This document shows positions 1 through 9,304 of a stretch of DNA of 64,000 nucleotides, in pieces. The translations under genes were made by a program, and so were the position numbers. Source of the stretch: Alkalispirochaeta sp. Its GTDB lineage: Bacteria > Spirochaetota > Spirochaetia > DSM-27196 > Alkalispirochaetaceae. The notes beneath the pieces were generated by a model. That model did no database searches, had not been told where the DNA came from, and saw only the letters and a program-made list of their open reading frames with translations. The DNA lies in NCBI GenBank assembly GCA_965601925.1, contig OZ271854.1:1760001-1824000 (forward strand). Reading direction: 5' to 3'. Within the stretch, counting starts at the first letter, position 1. Every line of letters starts with the position of its first letter.

Positions 1-1302
1 TTGGTACTGCTTGTCGTTGCCTGTGCACGGGAAGACGACGGTCAAACGGCTGCGGCCGACACAGACGTCGACTTTTCCGATAACCCGTACACCGACGGTC
101 AGGACCTTTCCGGCACGACGGTGAATATCTTCGGTGCCTTTGTCGATGAGGATGCGAGTCGTTTTGAAGAGTCGATGATTCCGTTTGAAGAAGCTACCGG
201 TATCGATATCGTGTACGAGGGTAGCGGGGACTTCGAGACTCTGATCACCGTTCGCTCCGAGGGCGGAAGCCCTCCCGACATCGCGGCTTTTCCGCAGCCC
301 GGCCTCGCGGCGGACCTCATTCGCGGCGGCTTGGTGTACGATCTCACAGACTGGTTCGGCCTCGATTATCTCCGAGAACAGTACAACGACGCGTGGATCG
401 ATCTCGCCGAGATCGGCGGTATTCAAGCCGGCGTCTGGTATCGCGCCAGCGTCAAGAGTCTCGTCTGGTACAACCTGCCGGTTTTCGAGGCGGAGGGATA
501 CGAGATTCCCGAGACGTGGGACGAACTGATCGCCCTGAGCGATGAGATGGTGTCCGACGGTTATACCCCATGGGTCATCGGTATCGAGAGTTCCGGTGCG
601 ACCGGTTGGACGGCGACCGACTGGATCGAGGATATCATGCTTCGTGTCCACCCGCCGGAAGTCTACGATGCGTGGGTCACCGGTGATCTCCCGTTCAACA
701 GTCCCGAGGTTCGTGAGGCGATCGATTTTCTCACCGAGATCTGGTTCAACGAGGACTACGTGCTCGGCGGCCGCCAAGGCATAGTGTTGACACCTTTCGG
801 CGATGCACCCACACCCATGACCCAGAATCCCCCGGCGGCGCTCATGCATCGGCAGGCTTCCTTTATCACCGCCTTTATGCCCGATGAGGGACGCGAGGTC
901 GGCGAAACGGTCGGGTTCTTCTACCTTCCCCCGATCGACACGAGTCTGGGTCGGCCTGTCCTCGGCGCCGGAGACCTGATGTCCCCAATGCAGGATCGCC
1001 CTGAGGTACGCGCGGTCATGCGCTTTCTCAGCACCGGTGCGTCCACTCGTGCGTGGCTCGAGTCCGGCGGATTCGTCTCGCCGCACAACGATACGCCCCT
1101 CGACTGGTATCCCACGGTCACGGACCGCGGTATCGCCGAGATTCTGTTGCAGGCGACGACCTTCCGTTTCGATGCGTCGGATCTGATGCCCGGCCCCGTC
1201 GGTGCCGGAACGTTCTGGACCGAGATCACCGCTTTCGTCAACGACGAGGACGCGAATCTCACCCAGTTGTTGGACAACATCGACGCGAGCTGGCCGCGAT
1301 AG
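1..1302 (+). CDS. Sugar ABC transporter substrate-binding lipoprotein, AglE/GgtB alpha-glucoside-like; 5' end probably outside the window
   Basis: Lipobox-like LLVVAC at the window edge; GIDIVYEGSGDF, PPDIAAFPQPGL, KSLVWYN and FRFDASDLMP motifs; two permeases follow. Confidence 0.9.
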   Translation: MVLLVVACAREDDGQTAAADTDVDFSDNPYTDGQDLSGTTVNIFGAFVDEDASRFEESMIPFEEATGIDIVYEGSGDFETLITVRSEGGSPPDIAAFPQPGLAADLIRGGLVYDLTDWFGLDYLREQYNDAWIDLAEIGGIQAGVWYRASVKSLVWYNLPVFEAEGYEIPETWDELIALSDEMVSDGYTPWVIGIESSGATGWTATDWIEDIMLRVHPPEVYDAWVTGDLPFNSPEVREAIDFLTEIWFNEDYVLGGRQGIVLTPFGDAPTPMTQNPPAALMHRQASFITAFMPDEGREVGETVGFFYLPPIDTSLGRPVLGAGDLMSPMQDRPEVRAVMRFLSTGASTRAWLESGGFVSPHNDTPLDWYPTVTDRGIAEILLQATTFRFDASDLMPGPVGAGTFWTEITAFVNDEDANLTQLLDNIDASWPR

Positions 1303-1321
1303 TCGATCGCGAATGCCGTTT

Positions 1322-1355
1322 ACCAGCGGGGAGGTATCGCCCCGCTGGTTTTTTT
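1322..1355 (+). terminator. Intrinsic terminator or stabilising hairpin after the binding-protein gene
   Basis: ACCAGCGGGG/CCCCGCTGGT 10-bp stem, 8-nt loop, T run. Confidence 0.8.
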
Positions 1356-1381
1356 ACATTCCGTTCCCAGTCGGAGGTGCC

Positions 1382-2461
1382 ATGAGTGATACCGCTGTAA
1401 CCAATAACCGGACAACGCAGACGCTGGTTTCCATAGCGATCGCCGCAGCGCTTGTGGTGGTATTCGCGTGGAGTTTCAACTTTATGCGCAACGAGGAAGC
1501 GCCGAGATTTCTCATTGCCGTAGTCGCCCTGGTGGTCGGGGTCGGTGGCATATGGGCGCTCTTTCTTACGGTCGATAAGCTGGTCGCACAGCTTCCGATC
1601 ACCGCGCGCGATCGGTTGAGGCCCTACGTGTTTATCACACCCGCGTTTCTTATTCTGCTGATCTATATCATCTATCCCACGCTTCGGACGATCTATGTCA
1701 GTTTTTTCGACTATCGGAGAGGTGGAGATCCGGTCAATTTCGGGCTGCAAAACTACGTTGCCGCGTTTCGGGATCCTGCATTGTTGATCGCGATACGCAA
1801 CAACATCTTGTGGCTCATCTTCGTGCCGCTTTTTGCCGTATCTCTGGGATTGATCATCGCCGTCCTGGTGGACCGCATCAAATGGGAGAAGTTCGCCAAG
1901 TCGCTGATATTCATGCCGATGGCGATCTCCTTCGTGGGCGCGGCGGTCATTTGGCGTTTTATTTACTATTTCGCGATCTTCGGCGAGCAGATCGGTCTTC
2001 TCAACGCCATCGTCGTCGGACTCGGCGGGGAGGCGATCGGTTGGTTGCGTCTCGAACCGTGGAACAACTTTTTCCTCATCGTGATCATGATATGGCTGCA
2101 GACCGGTTTTGCGATGGTGATTCTCTCCTCGGCGGTCAAAGGTGTGCCTGCAAGTCTGCTTGAGGCGGCGCGCATCGACGGAGCCGGCGAGTTTCGCATC
2201 TTTTTTCAGGTGATCATTCCGTATGTCAGCGGAACGATCCTGACGGTCACCACGACCATCGTCATATTGGTGCTCAAAGTGTTCGACGTCGTGTTCGTAA
2301 TGACCAGCGGACGGTTCAACACCGACGTGGTGGCCAACATGATGTACAACCAGATGTTCCGGCAAGGGCAGTACGGCCGGGGCGCGGCGTTGGCGGTGGT
2401 CATCTTCCTGGCGGTTACGCCGGTGATGATTCGCAACATTCGCAGCCTCAATAAGGCGTGA
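1382..2461 (+). CDS. Sugar ABC transporter permease (MalF-like)
   Basis: GGAGG before ATG 1382; multiple TM segments; EAARIDGA loop. Confidence 0.92.
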   Translation: MSDTAVTNNRTTQTLVSIAIAAALVVVFAWSFNFMRNEEAPRFLIAVVALVVGVGGIWALFLTVDKLVAQLPITARDRLRPYVFITPAFLILLIYIIYPTLRTIYVSFFDYRRGGDPVNFGLQNYVAAFRDPALLIAIRNNILWLIFVPLFAVSLGLIIAVLVDRIKWEKFAKSLIFMPMAISFVGAAVIWRFIYYFAIFGEQIGLLNAIVVGLGGEAIGWLRLEPWNNFFLIVIMIWLQTGFAMVILSSAVKGVPASLLEAARIDGAGEFRIFFQVIIPYVSGTILTVTTTIVILVLKVFDVVFVMTSGRFNTDVVANMMYNQMFRQGQYGRGAALAVVIFLAVTPVMIRNIRSLNKA

Positions 2462-2471
2462 GGAGGGTTCG

Positions 2472-3359
2472 ATGTCCGATACGTTAGTACTGCAAAAGCG
2501 CAAGAAGACCTCCCAGGAGGCCGCCGGGCGGATTATGCTCAACCTCACGGTTGTCATCATCGTCGTGTTGTGGACGCTCCCGACCTTCGGACTCTTGGTG
2601 AGTTCCTTTCGGGATCCCCAGGCGATCAACACGAGCGGTTGGTGGACGGCGATATTCCGTCCCTTCACTCAGGGGAACTGGACGTTCGACAATTACATCT
2701 TCGTGTTGACCGAAGACGGTATGGGAAACGCCTTTCTCAACAGCCTCCTGGTAACGATTCCGGCGACGGTAATTCCGATCACGATCGCGGCCTTCGCCGC
2801 CTATGGGCTCGCATGGATGGAGTTCAAGGGACGGCGTCTCATGTTCATCCTCGTCGTGGGATTGATGGTCGTGCCGCTGCAAACCTCACTGTTGCCTCTC
2901 TTTCGATTGTACGAGAATGCCGAGCTCAACGGCACATATCTCGGAATCTGGCTGGCGCACACGGGATTCGGTCTTCCTCTGGCGACCTACCTCCTCTACG
3001 GCTATATTTCGCAGATCCCGCGCGACTTGATCGAGGCTGCCGAGGTCGACGGCACGACTCCTATGACGAAGTTCATCTTTTTGGTCGTGCCGCTGTCGGT
3101 GCCTGCGATAGCCTCTTTTGCGATCTTCCAGTTTCTCTGGGTATGGAACGACCTTCTCGTCGCATTGGTCTTTTTGGGTACCAGTGTCGACGTCGCACTG
3201 GTAACGACACGACTGTCGGAGATGGTCGGATCTCGCGGGCAGGACTGGTACGTGCTAACCTCCGGCGCGTTTCTCACGATGATCATGCCCCTGACCGTCT
3301 TTTTCGGTCTGCAGCGGTACTTCGTTCGCGGAATGATGGCGGGTTCGGTTAAGGGATAG
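2472..3359 (+). CDS. Sugar ABC transporter permease (MalG-like)
   Basis: AGGAGG RBS; EAAEVDG loop; FQFLWVWND; ends GSVKG. Confidence 0.93.
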   Translation: MSDTLVLQKRKKTSQEAAGRIMLNLTVVIIVVLWTLPTFGLLVSSFRDPQAINTSGWWTAIFRPFTQGNWTFDNYIFVLTEDGMGNAFLNSLLVTIPATVIPITIAAFAAYGLAWMEFKGRRLMFILVVGLMVVPLQTSLLPLFRLYENAELNGTYLGIWLAHTGFGLPLATYLLYGYISQIPRDLIEAAEVDGTTPMTKFIFLVVPLSVPAIASFAIFQFLWVWNDLLVALVFLGTSVDVALVTTRLSEMVGSRGQDWYVLTSGAFLTMIMPLTVFFGLQRYFVRGMMAGSVKG

Positions 3360-3393
3360 AACGCCCGGCGCACACGACACACAACTCTCAATT

Positions 3394-3429
3394 GGGTGGC
3401 TGCCGAGTTCGGTACGCCACCCCTTTTTT
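3394..3429 (+). terminator. Terminator-like hairpin between the permease and GH65 genes
   Basis: GGGTGGC-TGCCGA...TCGGTA-C-GCCACCC followed by CTTTTTT. Confidence 0.6.
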
Positions 3430-3442
3430 GGAGACGCATACG

Positions 3443-5842
3443 ATGAAACTGGAGAACAATCTCAACAGCGCCACGACGTGGGACATCTACGAAGAACGAT
3501 TCGTCGCCGATCAAGCGATAACCACGGGAAGCAACTATATGATCGGCAACGGATACCTCGGCTATCGCGGTACATTTGCCGACGATCGCGCTGCTGAGTA
3601 CGTCGCGTGCGTCGTGACCGATACCTACGACAACGCCGACGGCGTGTGGAAGGAGTTGGTGACCGCCCCCAACGGGCTATACACGGAGCTCGCCGTCGAC
3701 GGCAGATCCGTTCTATGGCGTGACGCGGGGTGGGGAGAGTATCGGCGGAGCCTCGACTTCCGCTACGGTCGGTGGTCCGCCCGCGCGGACTGGGATACGG
3801 AAGGGCTTGAAGTCGAGGAGACGCGGTTTGCTTCCTACGACGACCTGCACCTGTTGGCCGCTCGCACGCGCCTAACCGCGAGCCGTCGTGTCGCGCTCAC
3901 GATACGTACCGGGATCGACGGGATTGTGTGGAGCCTCAACGGCGACCACTTCGCGGAGAAGAGCCAATCGGTAGACGGCAGCCAGCTTCAGGCGTACCGC
4001 GTTACCGGTGAGCACGGATATGAGGTGGTCGTGAGAGAGCACGCCGTGCTTGCCCTCGCCGACGGCGCGGAGATTCCCTCGGTGCGTATCGACGACACCG
4101 AGGGGAGTGTGTTTCGCGTTTTTGAGATCGATCTCGACGCCGGGGAGACGGTGTACCTTACGAAGTACGTTTCGGTTTACTCGACTAACGACATACGAGA
4201 CGGTGACAATCCGCAGACGCGGATCGGCTCGACGCCCGGCGTCGATCCCGATCGACCGACGCGCGCGGACGTTGAGCTCTCGGCGCGCACGTCGATAGAA
4301 CGCGCCGTATCCGCCGGCTGGGACGACGTACAAAGCGCTCATCGTGAGCGGTGGGATGCCCGTTGGTCCGATATGGACATCGCGATTCAGGGCGACGAGA
4401 CGGCGCAAACGCTCCTTCGCTACAACTTGTACCACAATATCATTGCAACGCCCGCCCACGCCGATCACCTTCCGATCGGCGCCCGCGGGCTCTCATGCCA
4501 GGCGTACCAGGGCGCCGCCTTCTGGGATCAGGAGGTCTTCAACCTACCGATGTTTCTCTTCACCGCGCCGGAAGTCGCGCGTAACATCCTCGTCTACCGT
4601 TACAAGACGCTCGACGGCGCCCGTAAGAAGGCGCGCGACCTCGGCTATCGCGGAGCGTTCTACGCGTGGGTATCGGGAGACTCCGGCGAGGAGATCTGCC
4701 CGTCGTACTTCTTCAAGGACGTTATCTCCGGGCGTAGAATCCGCAACCACTTCAACGACTGGCAGATTCACGTCTCACCCGACATCGCTTATACGATCTG
4801 GAAGTATGTCACGGTCACTCACGACTGGGACTATCTGGAACGGTACGGAGCGGAGATCGTCTTCGAGATTGCTCGCTTCTTGGTCTCGCGGTCGCATTAT
4901 CGCAAGGATCGTGAGCGCTACGATATCATCCGCGTTCTCGGTCCGGACGAATATCACGAGAATGTCGACAACAATTTCTTCACCAACTTTCAGGTGCGAT
5001 TTGCGTCCCGGTACGCCGCTGACGTATACGACCGGATGCGTAAACACGCCCCCGAGCGACTCGTCGCGGTCTCCGAGGCGATCGGGTTGGAAGAACGTGA
5101 ACCGCGCGACTGGCGCGAGCTGGCCGATGGGGTCTACGTGCGAGATGCGGACCCCGAGACGAGGTTGATCGAACAGTTCGACGGCTTTTTTCAACTTGAG
5201 GATACGACGCCGGAGGAGATCAAGGGCCGACTCATCGACGCAAGCGAGTATTGGGGGTGGCCCAACGGTATCGCGGTAGAGACGCAGGTGAGCAAGCAGG
5301 CCGATGTAGCGCAGCTGTTTATGCTACATCCGACCGCCCACGACACTGCGGTCATGAAGGCCAATTGGGAGTATTACGAGCCGCGTACGCAACACGGATC
5401 ATCTCTCAGTCCGGCGGTCTATGCCATCGTCGCCGCGTGGGTGGGCCGCATGGAGGAGGCTGAACGGTACTTCTTCAAGTCGTGTACCGTCGATTTGTAC
5501 AACACCAATAAAGCGGTCAGCGGTGGCACGTTCATCGGAGGGATCCACACCGCGGCGTGCGGGGTTAGTTGGCAAATCGTCGTGAGCGGCTTTGCCGGAC
5601 TGTACCTCACCGAAAAGGGATTCGGATTCCGCCCGCATCTTCCGGCCGGCTGGGATCGGCTTTCTTTTGTGCTCAAACGGTGGGGATGCCGGATTGCCGT
5701 TGCGATCGAGGCCGATCCCGATGGGCGCGGCGCGCGATTGAAGATCGTCGCCGACGACGCCAACCCCGGAGCATTGGAGATCGAAACCGGCTCGGATCGC
5801 CGAAGTGTCGAGCCCGGCGCTGCCGTGGAGTTGCAATCCTGA
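3443..5842 (+). CDS. Glycoside hydrolase family 65 alpha-glucoside phosphorylase (trehalose/kojibiose/maltose phosphorylase-like)
   Basis: IGNGYLGYRG, FWDQE, GPDEYHE (catalytic Glu), KQADV and HGSSLS motifs; GGAG before ATG 3443. Confidence 0.9.
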   Translation: MKLENNLNSATTWDIYEERFVADQAITTGSNYMIGNGYLGYRGTFADDRAAEYVACVVTDTYDNADGVWKELVTAPNGLYTELAVDGRSVLWRDAGWGEYRRSLDFRYGRWSARADWDTEGLEVEETRFASYDDLHLLAARTRLTASRRVALTIRTGIDGIVWSLNGDHFAEKSQSVDGSQLQAYRVTGEHGYEVVVREHAVLALADGAEIPSVRIDDTEGSVFRVFEIDLDAGETVYLTKYVSVYSTNDIRDGDNPQTRIGSTPGVDPDRPTRADVELSARTSIERAVSAGWDDVQSAHRERWDARWSDMDIAIQGDETAQTLLRYNLYHNIIATPAHADHLPIGARGLSCQAYQGAAFWDQEVFNLPMFLFTAPEVARNILVYRYKTLDGARKKARDLGYRGAFYAWVSGDSGEEICPSYFFKDVISGRRIRNHFNDWQIHVSPDIAYTIWKYVTVTHDWDYLERYGAEIVFEIARFLVSRSHYRKDRERYDIIRVLGPDEYHENVDNNFFTNFQVRFASRYAADVYDRMRKHAPERLVAVSEAIGLEEREPRDWRELADGVYVRDADPETRLIEQFDGFFQLEDTTPEEIKGRLIDASEYWGWPNGIAVETQVSKQADVAQLFMLHPTAHDTAVMKANWEYYEPRTQHGSSLSPAVYAIVAAWVGRMEEAERYFFKSCTVDLYNTNKAVSGGTFIGGIHTAACGVSWQIVVSGFAGLYLTEKGFGFRPHLPAGWDRLSFVLKRWGCRIAVAIEADPDGRGARLKIVADDANPGALEIETGSDRRSVEPGAAVELQS

Positions 5843-6157
5843 AAGCGGTGCGACGGCCGGGGGCCTCGAAGCGAGACCGAAACGGCATGTGCCGATGCCG
5901 GTAACGCGCGGCGTGCGAGTCTTCGCCATGCGCTACTGACCTGGGGGAAAAGTGGTCACCGGGCGACCTCAATCGGGGTGCATGCCTCGTTCGCGTACCG
6001 CCGTTGTTGCTCGCCCATGCGTCGGGGGCGAGCGCGACTCCATGTCGGTTGCGTACCGCAGCCTTCGGCGAGGAACGCAACCTTTCCTCCTGCTGAGCGA
6101 TCGACGGCGCCGTCCGCTCCCCCTGATTGAACACCGGTGATACGCGACGCGCCTCCG

Positions 6158-7015
6158 CTACTCCTTGATTGCTCCGGCGGCGAAACCTCTCTTCAACTGC
6201 TCGTGAAAGAAAATGTAGAAGAGAATCATCGGTACCGTCGCGATGACCAACGCGGCAAAAAGGAGTCCGAAATCCCGCGATTGACCGCCGGCGAACGCGT
6301 TGACACCGACCGGCAGACTACGCAGGCGTTGGCTGCTGGTGAGGACGAAGACGAAGACGAACTCATTCCAGTTCGCGACAAACGAGAAGATGGTCATCGT
6401 GGCCACCACCGGCGCGCTGATCGGCCTGATCACGTGCCAAAAAATCGAGAGGTATCCGGCACCGTCGATGCGCGCGACCTCCTCCAACGAGTCGGGAACT
6501 CCGCGGATGAACGACGTCGCAAGGTACACCATAAACGGTAACCCGAAGCCTACGTACGGTATCAAAACTCCCAGCCGCGTATCGTCGATACCCAGTCTCG
6601 TCTCCAAGATAAACAGCGGTACCAGCACCGAATGCGCCGTCACCAACAATCCCATTACGAAAAACGTATGAAGATACTTCGAAATCCTGAAACCGAACTT
6701 GGCGAATCCGTAGCCCGCGCCCAACGCCAGAAAGACGGTAATCACCGTCGCCGTAGCGGTATAGATAATGCTGTTGACCGTATAAAGCCCGAGATCGCCG
6801 ATCGTCCAGGCGCGCACGTAATTATCGACAAACAGGGTACGGGGTAGCGCGAAAACGTTCCGTACGATATCCGGATGCGGCTTGAGCGAGCTGTAAAACA
6901 GCCATACCAACGGCGCTATCGTCAGGAACGTAAAGAACACCATAAAGATCGTCGCGAAGACTCTCCACGCAACGACGTCGCGGTCTCGTGCCATGCTACC
7001 GGTGATACTAGACAT
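6158..7015 (-). CDS. Sugar ABC transporter permease (MalG-like)
   Basis: EEVARIDGA, NWNEF; ends GAIKE. Confidence 0.92.
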   Translation of the reverse strand: MSSITGSMARDRDVVAWRVFATIFMVFFTFLTIAPLVWLFYSSLKPHPDIVRNVFALPRTLFVDNYVRAWTIGDLGLYTVNSIIYTATATVITVFLALGAGYGFAKFGFRISKYLHTFFVMGLLVTAHSVLVPLFILETRLGIDDTRLGVLIPYVGFGLPFMVYLATSFIRGVPDSLEEVARIDGAGYLSIFWHVIRPISAPVVATMTIFSFVANWNEFVFVFVLTSSQRLRSLPVGVNAFAGGQSRDFGLLFAALVIATVPMILFYIFFHEQLKRGFAAGAIKE

Positions 7016-7895
7016 AGCGCGCCTCCACCCGTTTGAATATCGCTTGGATCGCGCTGATCAATCCCAGACTCAAGAACACGATTACCATCGAGACACCGCT
7101 GCCGAACCCGTAATTGTAGTAGCGAAAGGTGTTGAAGTACATGTAGATTGCAATTACCTCGGTATAATGTGCCGGCCCGCCCCCCGTCATCGCGAAAATC
7201 AGATCGAAACTCTTGAGGCTCCCGGCGATCGCAAACACGGCGGTCGTGAACACGACGTTGGCCATTTGCGGCAGCACCACCAGGAGCAGAATCTGATGCT
7301 CTCGTGCGCCGTCGATGATCGCGGCTTCGATCACCCCAGGATCGATACGCTGCAAGTTCGCGAGGAAAATAACCATGTAGATCCCGGTATACATCCACAG
7401 AATCACAAACAGGATCGGGACGATGGCAAACGTGCGACTTTCGAATATATCGAGCACGTAACGGGGATCGTCGCGGAGAATGCGCAGAAGCTGCGTGAAG
7501 ATCCCCGCCGGTGAGAAGATCTGATTCCACAGTTTCGCGACCACGACCGCCGCGATCGTAATCGGCAGGAAGATCATCGTTTCGAAGAAGGCGTGTCCCC
7601 GTACCATACGGCGATAGATGATGTAGGCAAGGGCAAAGCCGAACGGGATCTGTCCGAACACCGAAACGGCGACGATCAGGAGATTATTGCGCAATCCCAA
7701 GCGGAACACGGGATCGGTAAACATGCGGGTGTAGTTCTGTAGGCCGACAAACTCCGGGAGTCCGAAGCCGCTCCAACGCGTGAAGCCCGCCAAAAAACTG
7801 AATATGATGGGAAAAATGATTACCGCAGCGTAGATCAGTACTGCGGGCCCCACGAGCACAACGTAGGCGTTGATTTTTTCTCTGGTGATGGTCAT
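7008..7895 (-). CDS. Sugar ABC transporter permease (MalF-like)
   Basis: FVGLQNY, EAAIIDGA, MTGGGP motifs. Confidence 0.92.
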   Translation of the reverse strand: MTITREKINAYVVLVGPAVLIYAAVIIFPIIFSFLAGFTRWSGFGLPEFVGLQNYTRMFTDPVFRLGLRNNLLIVAVSVFGQIPFGFALAYIIYRRMVRGHAFFETMIFLPITIAAVVVAKLWNQIFSPAGIFTQLLRILRDDPRYVLDIFESRTFAIVPILFVILWMYTGIYMVIFLANLQRIDPGVIEAAIIDGAREHQILLLVVLPQMANVVFTTAVFAIAGSLKSFDLIFAMTGGGPAHYTEVIAIYMYFNTFRYYNYGFGSGVSMVIVFLSLGLISAIQAIFKRVEARYV

Positions 7896-7928
7896 GGCTG
7901 ATCCTTGTGAGTCGCTCCATCGAACACG

Positions 7929-7964
7929 TCCCGACGTCGCGCATCACGGTACGCAACGTCGGGA
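7929..7964 (-). terminator. Stem-loop downstream of the binding-protein gene (mRNA stabiliser or partial terminator)
   Basis: 13-bp stem TCCCGACGTTGCG/CGCGACGTCGGGA; the one mismatch is a G-U pair only on the minus strand; no U tract. Confidence 0.55.
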
Positions 7965-7980
7965 ACGGAGTGTCGTGCTG

Positions 7981-9285
7981 TCAGTTGCGGCTTGAATCGT
8001 TGGCGGCAACCCACGTTTCGTAGCGCTCTGCGACCTCTTGGGGCGTCAACACGCCGAACATCATCTCTTGGAGCGCCGGGTGGAGTACACCCATTCCTTC
8101 GGCGTCCATGACTGCATCAACCACGTAGCCGCCGGGCGTCGAGCCGACGAACTCTGCGAGTTTCAGAGTCAACAGTGGCGAGTCGGGCGGCAGATCGATC
8201 CGTACCGCCGGCAGCCAGCCCTGTTGAGCCTTGATACGCGACCCCTCGGGGCCGGAGAAGAAGTAGATCCATTCCCAGGCTGCCTGCGCGCGCTCACCTT
8301 CCAGATTTGCATTCATCCCGAATCCGGTGCCGGGAACGATCGCGGTGGAACCGGGCTGTCCCTGCTCGTTCGGAAGGGCCGGGAACACGTTGTAGGAGAC
8401 GTATTCGTGCTGCTCTGCGGTCATCTCACCGGCGAGATTGCTCGTTCTCCAACCGCCGTCGATGAAGTACACCGCGCGCTCGGTGACGAAGTCGGTGAGG
8501 GCGACACCGTATTCGGCTTGGTTAATGCCGGGGCTGAACATATCGTTCTCGCTCAGGATTTGGATCACCTCGATCGCGCGCACGAACTCGGGATCGGTGA
8601 AGCTCGCGTCCCCGACGCGGGCGCGGTCGAACCATTCGCGGCCACCGGTACGCTCGACCAACGCGGAGAGCAATGTGCTCTGCATCTGCCAACCGCCGCC
8701 GTTGTCCATCGCGATCGGAATGTAGCCGGCCTCGCGGATTGTCTCACCTTGCGCCAACAGCTCCTCGAACGTTTCGGGGAACTCGAGGCCCAACTCGTCG
8801 AGTAGTCGATCGTTGGTAAACATAACGTGGGTCGCGGTGATCTGTTCGGGGAGCTCCCAAATCTCTCCGTTGGGACCTTGCGGTGTGAGCGCGGCCGGCG
8901 CAAATTGATCGGCCACGCGGTTCACCCACGGACGCAGATCGTTGATCAACCCGGCTCCGGTTACGTCTCCGGTGCGCTTACCGGGCCACAGGAACACCAC
9001 GTCGGACAGTTGTCCTGCGATCGCTACGGCCTGGAGCCGGTTGTGATACGCCTCGTCGAACAGAAAGTCGAACTCGAGCCGAATGTCGGGGTGCGCCGCG
9101 TGGAACGCATCGACCACCTCTTGGAAGTTGTCCGACGACACGCTGTCGGCCAGATCCAGATAGTGTTGCACTTGTAGGGTGATGACGCCGTTCTCTTCGG
9201 CCTCCTCACCCTGGCCGCCGGCAAAAACAAACCCACCGATGAGCGCAAACAGCGCCACTGCCAAAAACAGGTTGTTCCGTAGCAT
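7981..9285 (-). CDS. Sugar ABC transporter substrate-binding protein
   Basis: Signal peptide followed by AGGQGE; SBP_bac_1-like motifs; AAGGAGG RBS. Confidence 0.9.
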   Translation of the reverse strand: MLRNNLFLAVALFALIGGFVFAGGQGEEAEENGVITLQVQHYLDLADSVSSDNFQEVVDAFHAAHPDIRLEFDFLFDEAYHNRLQAVAIAGQLSDVVFLWPGKRTGDVTGAGLINDLRPWVNRVADQFAPAALTPQGPNGEIWELPEQITATHVMFTNDRLLDELGLEFPETFEELLAQGETIREAGYIPIAMDNGGGWQMQSTLLSALVERTGGREWFDRARVGDASFTDPEFVRAIEVIQILSENDMFSPGINQAEYGVALTDFVTERAVYFIDGGWRTSNLAGEMTAEQHEYVSYNVFPALPNEQGQPGSTAIVPGTGFGMNANLEGERAQAAWEWIYFFSGPEGSRIKAQQGWLPAVRIDLPPDSPLLTLKLAEFVGSTPGGYVVDAVMDAEGMGVLHPALQEMMFGVLTPQEVAERYETWVAANDSSRN

Positions 9286-9304
9286 GGTGCTACCTCCTTC
9301 TTTT

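Noticed and set aside
1259..2668. 469-aa antisense ORF
   Set aside because: Shadow of the permease genes; no motifs; expected in GC-rich DNA
5952..6140. 62-aa ORF in the convergent spacer
   Set aside because: Arg-rich low-information translation with no recognisable motif
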